Assembly: GCA_016618085.1 (NCBI GenBank)
Contig: JABLTG010000015.1
Span: 169,821 to 189,820 of the forward strand
Reading direction: 5' to 3'
From: Neovahlkampfia damariscottae
Taxonomy: Eukaryota
Length of the DNA: 20,000 nt
Shown here: piece after piece, positions 10,071 to 19,675 of the stretch
Layout of the letters: each line of letters starts with the position of its first letter
Position numbering within the stretch: position 1 is the first letter of the stretch
Translations under genes and position numbers: made by a program
The notes under the pieces: generated by a model
Database searches by the model: none
Told to the model about the DNA's origin: nothing
Seen by the model: only the letters and a program-made list of their open reading frames with translations

Positions 10071-12027
10071 ATGTCCAGTTTACAAGGACCTGATTATGTC
10101 ATTGTAATTCTGTACTTTGTAGTTTTGTTGTTTGCTGGTCTCTATAGGAGTGTTTCAAAATTTTTAAACACAAATAATGAAGAAACATCAGTAAAAGAAT
10201 ATTTTTTAGCTGATAAAAGTATGTATTGGATTGCCGTTGGAGCATCACTTTTTTGTTCAAACATTGGTTCTGAACATCTTATAGGACTCGCAGGAACAGG
10301 TGCAAAGTCAGGTATGTGAAAAAAAAAATTGACATCAAACAAAGGACTTCCAGTTGCTTGGTTTGAATGGAGTTTTTAAAAAAAAAATGTTTAACATCTC
10401 CAAAGGTGGTCCATTCACAATTATTGCCTTAGGTTATATTTTCATGCCTCTTTATTTAAAATCTAACATTTATACTGTTCCACAGTTTTTGGAATTGAGG
10501 TATGGAAAGAATTTAAGATTTGCTTTCGCTATTTTTTCAATTTTTAGCTTCATTTTCACAAGAATATCAGTTACTATTTTCACTGGATCTATTGTTTTTG
10601 AATCAATACTCGGATGGAATATGTGGACTTCAGTTGGAGTTATTCTAGGAACTTCTGCATTGTACAGCGTTATTGGAGGTTTACAAGCTGTTATTATAAC
10701 AGATTTATTACAGAGTGTAGTTTTAGTTTTTGGATCTGTCATTTTATTGATTATATCGATTTATGAAGCAGGTGGAATTTCAACAATTTATTCGAAATCA
10801 CCAGAGAAATTTCATTTGTGGAGACCAATTACAGATCCTGATTTTCCGTGGTTAGGAAGTATTTTAGGTGTTCAGATCAGCTCTTTTTATTATTGGTGCA
10901 CAGATCAAGTAATCATTCAAACAGTTCTGAGTGCGAAAAATTTAGGCAATGCTCAATCAGGAACATTACAAGCAGGTAAAAATCAAAAGAGAATTAATAA
11001 ATAGGATACTTGAAATTACTTAGCCCTTTTACAATGGTGATACCAGGAATTATCGCACATCAATTATTTCCCGAAGAAATTGCACAAAATTCAGATTCAG
11101 CTTATCCATTGTTAATTGTAAGATTGATGCCTGTTGTATTCAAAGGATTAATGATAACAGCGATGCTTTCAGGTAATTTAATAAATTTGAATAATATTCC
11201 AAGCCGCAATGTCCAGTTTAGCAAACGTTTTCAATTCATCAGCAACAATTTTCACAATGGATATTTGGACCAAATTCAGACCAAAAGCGTGAGATAAAGA
11301 ATTTCTAATTTTTAAGAAAGGATGGTGAATTATTGTGGGTTGGAAGAATAGCAACATTAACGATTGCAATTTTATCAGTTGCTTGGATTCCAGGCATGAA
11401 ATTATTGAGTGATCAAGTATTGATTGCTCTTGCAAAAGTGGGATCATATACAAGACCTCCAATAGCAGCAATCTTTTTTGTAAGATTTTGTATGATTAAT
11501 ATATTTTCCAGGGTGGTATATTCTTCAAATATACAACTTCCATCGGTGCATGGTCCGGATTAATTTGTGGTCTATTTCTCGGTTTTTGTAGGTTCATTCT
11601 TGAAATGATTTTCATCTCAAAAACTGATAATTACTTTTTGTTGGATTATTTTATAAGGTTCAATTATCTATTATTTGGTTCTTGTCTTTTTTTATTCACA
11701 CTTTTTGTGATGTTAATTGGAACTATATTAACACCAAAATCATTGAGACCAAATTTGAAAGATGTGGAGAAATATTGTTTTAATTACTCAGAGATATGGA
11801 GTTATGTTTCTTGTAAATCACTAAGGATGAAATTCAAAGGTGAAATCAATAATTCCGAAGAAAGAAATTTAACAGAGAATGAAATGGATCACCCAATTGA
11901 TGTTGAAATGAAAGATGAGTCAGAGATAAATGGATACATGTATGTTTCTATCATTCATAAATATGCCAGATTTTTGATAATTCCACTTTTTATTAGTGTC
12001 ATTTCAATCATGATAATTTTTGGTTGA
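10071..12027 (+). CDS. Sodium/solute symporter (SSS, SLC5A/SGLT-like), ~589 aa
   Basis: [83 protein letters not shown]. Introns at 10312-10344, 10372-10405, 10976-11004, 11173-11203, 11289-11316, 11480-11511; all joins are in frame. Confidence 0.95.
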
Positions 12028-12163
12028 AAAATAAAGGTTTATCAAAACCCATGACTTTTTTTTTTTCGATTTGTCCTGAAGTTTGGGTAGTCAAAGGAGG
12101 AAATCTAAAAATAAAAATAAAAATCTACTTTATTTTGGACCAATCAAACAAATAACAACTTCG

Positions 12164-14016
12164 ATGACTGACAACAAAGAAAAGAATTACCTTGAAAGTG
12201 AGAAATTTGGTGGAAATGGAGGATCAAATTTTGAAGAGTTATCAGATAAAAAAATAATTGGTTTCAATGTTAAATCTGGTCGATTCTTAAATAACATTCA
12301 ACCAGGTTTTTTTTTAAACACTTTTTTAACCAAAACCCAAAGTATTTGAAGGTGATATAAAAGGTTCTACTCATGGTGGTGGTGGAAAAACCAAAACTTT
12401 CAAATTAACCAAAGGCGAAGAGTTTACAAAAATAAACATAAAATCAGGTTCATTGATTGATGCCATTCAATTTGAAACTACAAAAAAAAAATCTGAATGG
12501 TTTGGAGGTTCAGGTGGTGGTTTATCTTCTTTTGATATTGAAGGAGATTTAGTTGGTATTCGTGGTTCAACAGGTTCTTATGTGGATTCACTTCAATTTA
12601 TTTGTTTTCTTGGAAATATTTCAACACAATTGACAGTATTAAGTGATGAATTAAAAAAGAGTTTCAATGATAAATCACATTCTGATGTTAAAATTACAGT
12701 CAATGATGATACAGTCTTTTATTTACATAAGCTCATTTTGATACAAAGGTTTTTTCATTTTTTATTAATACTTTACAAGTCCTTTCTTTGAAAAACAATT
12801 TAAAACTTCAAATGAACTATCTCTAAAAGTTGAATCTGTTCCTCATTTCGAACTACTTTTAGAGTATTTGTACACTGGAGTAAAAAAAAAAAAAAAAAAT
12901 TAACAAAAAGGTTTTTGTCTTTGAAGACTCTAATTATATGCAAATGTTAGTTTTAGCAAATGATTTTCAAGTTGAACCTTTAAAATTATCAGGTTTTGAG
13001 TATATAATCAAAAGAAAATGCAATGCAAAAAATGTATGTAAACTTTTAATGGATTCCAAAAAAGGAGTATTTTCAAAACTTGACCCAGATGATTTAATTA
13101 AAAGATGCATGGTTTTTATTCAAGAAAATACAGAAGAAGTTTTTAAATCACCTGATTTTATTCATTTAGATCATGAATTCATTCTTTCAATGATCAAATC
13201 TGATGATTTGGATATAGATGAAATTGATATATTTAGAGCAGCTTTGACATGGGGCAAACATCAAAAAAAAACAAGAAAAGATGAACCTATGGAAAAGATT
13301 TTGGAAAAAATATTACCACAGATTAGATTTGTCAATATGGATGGTGCTGATTTAGTTCATTATGTCAGACCTTCAAAATTAATCGATTCCAAACTCTACC
13401 TTCGAATTTTAGAAGCTCAAACTGCCCCTGAAGATTTTGATTTAGAACCATTACCTGAAATGAAACAAAGAGGTGGTAGTAAATTCAAATGGGATATTAA
13501 ATTTCCAGCTGGAAATAATAATGATTTTAAAGTTGATTCAAAAGGTTTAACTATTGAAAAAATAGGTGGTGGATCACAATGGACAAATGGTAAGTCTTTA
13601 TTTTAAAAACTTATTTTTTTTTAAAAGCAATGGTATATGGAGATAAAAAATTAACAAAAGGAATTCATTATTGGGAGATTAAGATTCTCAACATTCAAAG
13701 TGATAAGAGTGGAACTGCTATTGGTTTAGCTGAAAGCAACGTAAATAAAACTCAATTTTCTTCAGATCATACTCAAGGAATGTCAGGAAGTTCTTATTGT
13801 ATGAGTGGTTCAGATTATACAAATGGTAATAATGGTGATACTGTTGGTATTTATGTAGATTTTAAGAAACTCAAAGCTTATTGGTTTATTAATGGAAAGA
13901 AATTATCTGTTCATTATGATTTGAAAAAAGGTCAAAGTTATTATCCTGTGATTCATATTTATTATTTGAATAATAAGTTTCAGTTGTCATTTCCAAAGAA
14001 ACCAAAATTGAAATAA
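12164..14016 (+). CDS. Jacalin-like lectin - BTB/POZ - BACK - B30.2/SPRY protein, ~571 aa
   Basis: Jacalin: FGGNGG..F, HGGGG, IDAIQF.T, FGGSGG, LVGIRGSTGSYVDSLQF. BTB: SDVKITV....FYLHKLILIQSPFF...F.LLLEYLYTG. BACK: F.HLD...SDDL.IDEIDIF.A.L.W...L.QIRF..M. SPRY: G.HYWEIKI...IGLA...GDTVGIYVD...WFING..YYPVI. Introns at 12306-12342, 12749-12779, 12880-12910, 13590-13627. Confidence 0.9.
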
Positions 14017-14270
14017 AGAATTATTATTATCAACTATTACTTTGGTATTTGTTTTTTCGTAAACTTGAACGACACAGATAGCAATCACATTTCAGATTAA
14101 TTTGTTTGATTGTTCAACTTTGAATTGACCAACATAATATGTTCAAAAACAGAAATGGATAAATTGTTTCAATTAATTGAAAAATGAAAGAATTATTTGA
14201 GTTTTTTTTTAAACCATCAGATTTCTTCCAAAAAAGACCAATCAACTGTCTTTTTTTTTTTTCGTCAGTG

Positions 14271-15366
14271 ATGAACAGAACAATTTTTAACCAAAGACAA
14301 ATTTTGAAAGAAATTTCTAAAAACTATTCAAAAGCTGTAAAATTCCATCAACATGGAAATGCTTTAAAAGTCTGCAAGTAAAAAAAAAAAAAAAAAAATT
14401 TAACAAAAAAAAAAAAAAAGAGTTGAAGATTTTGAAATTCCAAAATTATCATCAAATGAAGTATTAGTTAAAATGGTATCTGCTCCTATAAATCCTGCTG
14501 ATTTAAATATGATTGAAGGTAATTATGGAACTTTACCAAAATTACCTTCTTTTGCTGGAAATGAAGGTGTCGGAATTGTAGAAGAAGTTGGTTCAAATGT
14601 ATCAAATTTAAAAAAAGGTCAAAGAGTTATACCATCTTCAGCTGGTTTAGGTACTTGGAGAAACCACGTTGTTGCTACAGAAGAAGCATTTTCAAAAGTT
14701 TCAGAAGAAATACCAGTTGAATATGCATCTATAATTGGAGTTAATCCATGCACAGCATATCGTTTATTACACGATTTCGTTAATTTACAACCAGGTGATG
14801 TTGTCATTCAAAATGGAGGTAGTTCAATGGTTGGTCATGCAGTAGTTCAAATAGCTAAAAGTATGGGCTTAAAAACAATTTCAATTATTCGTTCAAGACC
14901 AGAAGAAGGACAAATGGTTGAACGTTTAAAACAATTAGGTGGTGATGTTGTTGTTACAGAAGAATATGCTGCTTCTCATCAAATGACTAAACTTTTATCT
15001 GATTTACCAAAACCAAAATTAGCTTTAAATACAGTTGGTGGAGATTCTGTTAGAACTTTAATTAGACATTTAGGTGAATCATCTACTTTAGTTACTTATG
15101 GAGGTATGTCACGTAAACCATTGGCTATTCCAACTTCACCTTTTATTTTTAATGATTTAACTTTAAAAGGTTTTTGGTTATCAAAATGGGTTCAAAATAA
15201 TTCAAAACAACAAAGAGAAGAAATGATTTCAAAAGTAGCTGATTTAATTAAACAAAAGAAACTTGTTTTATTTATGCAAAAACATAAATTTGATGAATTT
15301 CATTATGCTTTGGAACAAACTCAAATTCCATTCCAAGATAGAAAAATTTTACTTGATTTTGAATAA
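14271..15366 (+). CDS. MECR: Mitochondrial trans-2-enoyl-CoA/ACP reductase, ~350 aa
   Basis: APINPADLN.IEG.YG, GNEGVG, GLGTWR, VNPCTAYRLL.DFV.L.PGD.VIQNG..S.VG, LVTYGGMS..P, GFWLSKW; basic N-terminal presequence-like leader; intron 14378-14420. Confidence 0.95.
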
Positions 15367-15389
15367 AGTTTTTGAAAAAAAATTTTTTT

Positions 15390-18300
15390 TTATTTTTTTG
15401 AGTGATTGTGCATTCTGTTCCATCAACCCATTTTACATCTATATCAACATAATAAAGATAAGCACGGGATGCAGATGATTTAAATTTTCCAGGAATTCTT
15501 GCTACAACATCAAATTTAAATTTCAATTCTTGATTTTCTTTCATACCACGAAGATAAATGACAACATCTCTTCCTTTAATTTCATAAAATGCAATTTTAT
15601 CACTTTTAATTAATTCCTTTAAATTTTCATGTCTTGGTTCTAAACCAGCTGGAATTGAAATGATAGCCATTGTCATTGCTTGTTTTTCATTTGATAAATT
15701 TTTAATTTCAACATTCATTTCACCAACAGATCCTTCTTCAAATATTTCACTTGATAGATAAGTTTTCAAATCAATTTCACATTTATCTGAACTATCAGGT
15801 TTGTTTGAAAAATAACGAACGGAAATTAAAAATGGTAATTTTCCCTTTCCTTTGATTTTAAATGATAAAGTGTGATCTCCAGTGGTTAATAGATTTGAAT
15901 CAAGATCAATTTCAACAAGTCCATCTTCCTTTTTTTTTCCTAAATCTACTGGAAATTCATTTTCATCCAATGAATATGAAACAGAAATATCATCAGTTGG
16001 TCCACTTCTGTTAGAATCATATTTAACAATTGCTTTCAATGCTAAAATAGTGGATTGAATGTTTCCAAATCTACCATTGGTGCATTGTTTCAATAACCAA
16101 TTCAATATTTTCACTGTATTTTTCATCATTCATCCATGTTAAAATAGCAATAGCAGTAGTCTTAATATTTAAAGATTTTCCCCTTGAACATGTGATTGTT
16201 GTTTTTGCTTGTGAAACTTCACCAGTTTTTTCTTGATTTTCAACAATTTTCTTTGCAAGTTCATTGGCTTCTTTCACCTTTTTTGTGCTAAAAAGAGTGG
16301 ATGCTGAAAGACCCCATAAATATGCATCTTTCTTTGTTAATGCATCTTTATATGTATAGTCAATTTCTAAATCTAATCCTGTTTCACCAGCCTCAATTAA
16401 AGACCAAATAATATATGTATTTGTTATATCTTTAGGAGCTGATCCAAAATCATCTAATGCTTTTGAATCTAATGTAAATATTCCTTTTCCATCTCTTCTT
16501 GAGTATAACCATTTTTTAGTTGGGAGAGCATTGATTGATCAACAGGGAATACTTTTGACATATCCATGAATTTCAAGGTTCCATAAGCTGTCAAAGCTTC
16601 ATTTTCAGGTTCTCTTCCAAACCATTCATAGCCACCATTTTTACATTCATAAGAAATCAATCTTTTGTATCCCTTTTCTAATAAATCATATGACTTCTTG
16701 ATAACTTCTGGATCAATACCTTCATGAGATGTGAAATATTGATGAGCAATGATGGTTGGATAAGTAGTCTTTGAAAAATTAAAAATCTAAAAAATTACCG
16801 AACTAGTTTGTTCAAAACAACCTGATGGGTTTCTCAACAAGGAAGTAAGTGCTGATTGTAATTGTCCAACAGTTTTAGATAAAATTTGATGTTTGATTCA
16901 ATAGAAGACATATCAGCATCTTTTGGAACTGTAAAAACGAAATCTTCATCTTTTTCTAGTTTACTACTCAATGAGATGTCAAATGGAAATCCAACTGGAA
17001 CAAAATCAACTTTTCTTGTAATTTGATCTGAAAATACGCCTGCTGATGCATTAATAGTGAATTCAAATGCAAATTCAGAGTGATCAACTGTTAAATCTAA
17101 ATATTTTTTTGTTCTTTTTTTGGAAGCAACTCTAAATGAATCTTTGAATGTGGAGTTCTTTGATTCAATTACTGTATTGGAAAGTTTATGTTTGAGTGAT
17201 ACTTTCAAATCTTCTGGTGATTCATTGACAATTGAAATTGTAATTGAGATGAAATCACCAACTGTTGCTTCTATTGGAAGTTTAGCTTCAACATAAAAAG
17301 GTTCTTTGCTTTCGATAGCTTTATCACTTGATGCTAAAACTCCTTTTTTTGTGAATGCATCTAATTCAAGTTAATAAAGAATGTATTTTACCAATCATGA
17401 TTCTATAGCTCGTAACTGAATCACTTAAATCAAATTCAAATGAAGATTCACCAACTTTTGTTAGTGTTGAAGCTGACCAATAAAGTGTTTCGACAAAATG
17501 TGACCTTTCTCCTTGTTGACGAGTTGGATTTTTCTTAAATGAATAAATTCTTGTCATTACATTATCTTGGAGAGGTTTCTCAGTAATATCAAATTCTTCA
17601 TCGAAATCAAATAATCTCTTTTTCTTCTTTTTCATTTTTTTATCACCCACATCTTTTTTATCTTTCTTTGCAGGTTTTGGTTTATTGAGTTTTGCCGGTT
17701 TAATATTTGGTTTTGCTTTGACAACTTTTTTCATTTTCATTTTCATTTCCATTTTTTTTTCCCAACTCCATTTGTTCTCTTTTTTCCGTGAACATTCTTT
17801 TTTTCATTCCTCCTTTTCTTCTACGAACAAATTTTTCTTCATCATCACTGCTGTCATCATTTTCATTATAGAGCTCTTGTGATGGTTTTCCTTCATGAAA
17901 AGCAACAACTCTTTCACCAATTTCACCTTTTAATTCTATGAATTTTTTAATATCCATAAATGAAAATCTTCTCCATCCTTGTGTTCCAAGTAATAAATCA
18001 ACTGCAATTTCAGCATTTTCATGATCACTTAAATAAATATGTGCATCTTCAAAATGTTCAACTTCATTTTCTAAAAATACCATTTGTTGGAGTCTTGGTG
18101 CTCTTTTTCTTTTTTCAACTGATGTTAAAACTGATTCATCCGTAACAGTAATTCCAACAACAGCATCAACAGGTTTTCCATCATTTGTTGTTGTTGATAT
18201 TTACCTTGGCTGTATCACCAGGTAAATAACTTTTGTAGTCTGTGGTAATTTTGATATCAATAGTTTCTTTTGGTGATTGAAAAATAAGTCTTTCAGATAG

Positions 18301-18793
18301 AGGTTGACTTGATGATCCAATAATAAATCACGTTTATAGAGAGAAACTACATAATCTCCGGTGGTTGCTCCTACTTTGATATCAATTTTATTGGAATCAT
18401 AAATATCTTTTGTTGCCATAATTGCAGCACCTTGAGATTTAGCATTTTGAAAAGGAATATTCTTTTTGATTCCAGAAGGACTTTTAATTTTCAAAGAGTA
18501 ACTATTTCCTTTGGTTGCAGTGAATTTTCCTTTTCCTCTTCCTTCGTGTCTAGTTTCAATATATCCCACAACATTTCCTTTTTGATCAATGATATCTCCT
18601 TTTAAATCAGCAGGATCTCCGTATGGAGTAAAAGCTTCAATATAAACCCCACATTAAATGTCATTTATAAAATCTCCGCCTTCTGGATATACATTTACTT
18701 CTAAACTTGGAATTGTTTTGCTGCATGTTTCTAATACACCACCATCTTCAATGACACATGACAAAGTTCGGTCACCCACATCAATTGGTGGTG
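15390..18793 (-). pseudogene. Alpha-2-macroglobulin / thioester-containing protein, disrupted and 5'-truncated
   Basis: Collinear motifs IEDGGVLET, YPEGG, RHEGRG, SERLIF, VTDESVL, DLLLGTQGWRRF, ETLYW, FDLSDSVTSYR, PSGCFEQTSS (thioester, 16808-16822), GGYEWFG, EALTAYG, QSTILALKA, IPAGLEP, SRAYLYY. Introns at 17361-17391 and 16769-16798. Lesions: in-frame TAA 18654-18656; frameshifts or deletions near 18305, 18195, 17755, 16878, 16521, 16102, 15393. Confidence 0.9.
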
Positions 18794-19051
18794 CACCGTT
18801 CAGGTAAAGTAAAGCAGGTAAACCGGCAATTGACCTTTTACCCAATCGTAAACAAAATTAAAATTAAAAACATGAACAACAGAACTCAAAATGTTGAGTT
18901 CATGTGTGTGGCAGGATTGTGACATAAACTAAAGTTTATTTTACACAATGAAGGAAATTCAAAACCTGACGGTTTCTCTTCCGGCTTCGCCCTGAGCAAT
19001 TTAATAACTCCAATCTAATTGAAACATTTAATTTATTACTTTAATTTACAA

Positions 19052-19114
19052 TTACCATTTTACCATTTAATTTATAACAAAAAGGAATAAGATAAGGAAG
19101 TGGTAAAATGGTAA
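19052..19114. repeat. Perfect 14-bp inverted repeat
   Basis: TTACCATTTTACCA 19052-19065 is the reverse complement of TGGTAAAATGGTAA at 19101-19114 (also present at 19233-19246). Confidence 0.9.
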
Positions 19115-19360
19115 GGTGGTTTTTGGAATTTTATAAAATTTTGAAAAATGGTTCAATTTTACAGGGAAGGATTTAGGGGTCCTACCGCCCGACCACCTAA
19201 CCGGAAAATAAAAAATGGTAAAATTAAATTCGTGGTAAAATGGTAAGGTGGTTTTAGGAAAATCTGAAACTTTTAAAAAATGTTCAATTTTACAGGAAAG
19301 GATTTTAAGGGCTGACCAACCTACCAGATGAGCGGACAATAAAAACTGGTAACTGAATGT
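19100..19360 (+). repeat. Diverged tandem duplication, period 132 bp
   Basis: GTGGTAAAATGGTAAGGTGGTTTT at 19100 and 19232; GTTCAATTTTACAGG.AAGGATTT and CGGA.AATAAAAA.TGGTAA occur in both copies. Confidence 0.92.
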
Positions 19361-19675
19361 CGGCAACAATTATTGGGGTGTATTGGAGTAGAGATTGAAT
19401 GTTCGTGACAACTACTGCCAAGTCGATTTTCGAATATATTGTGGCAAATTGAAATTGTGTTTTTATTGGTCCAAAAGCTTCCAAACCGGCCTTGAGGCCG
19501 ATTTAGAATCTTTTTCAACTTTGATTTTACAACTAATAAAATAATGCAATGGTATAATGGAACAAAACGATTTGGAATTCATAGTTGCAGTTTTAAAACA
19601 AAAGAAAAAGGGATTTAAAACTTTAAATTATTTAAATAAAAAAATTTTTATAAAAGAGAATTAAAAACAATTTTA

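Noticed and set aside
1..15366. Alternative genetic code, programmed frameshifting or RNA editing to explain broken ORFs
   Set aside because: Every break in the intact genes is resolved in frame by a GT-AG micro-intron under the standard code.
15272..15389. A2M C-terminal extension overlapping MECR antisense
   Set aside because: Better explained by a slip in an A7 run that puts the natural TAA (15390-15392) out of frame.
760..18145. Antisense or overlapping track ORFs (e.g. 760-960, 1146-1340, 2472-2768, 5300-5521, 6252-6497, 6996-7316, 10470-10742, 11178-11471, 14619-14807, 17685-17882, 17960-18145)
   Set aside because: Shadow frames of well-supported genes, with no motifs of their own.
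18800..18995. RNase P/MRP RNA (CCGG...CCGGCTT resembling P4)
   Set aside because: Conserved CR-I (GGAAAGUC/GAAGGUC) and CR-V (ACANAA...) motifs are not matched.
19325..19345. Hammerhead-like core CAGATGAG
   Set aside because: Not CUGAUGA, and no stem II/GAAA arrangement.
19100..19360. CRISPR array or telomeric repeat (TTTAGGG at ~19172)
   Set aside because: Only two units with homologous spacers, no cas genes and a eukaryotic context; the telomere-like word occurs once.
19067..19518. ORFs 19067-19369 and 19321-19518 (-) as repeat proteins
   Set aside because: By-products of the 132-bp duplication; the two copies fall out of register internally and no domain is recognisable.
19557..19664. 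35-aa ORF MEQNDLEFIVAVLKQKKKG... convergent on the last gene
   Set aside because: Too short, with no motif; cannot be distinguished from chance.
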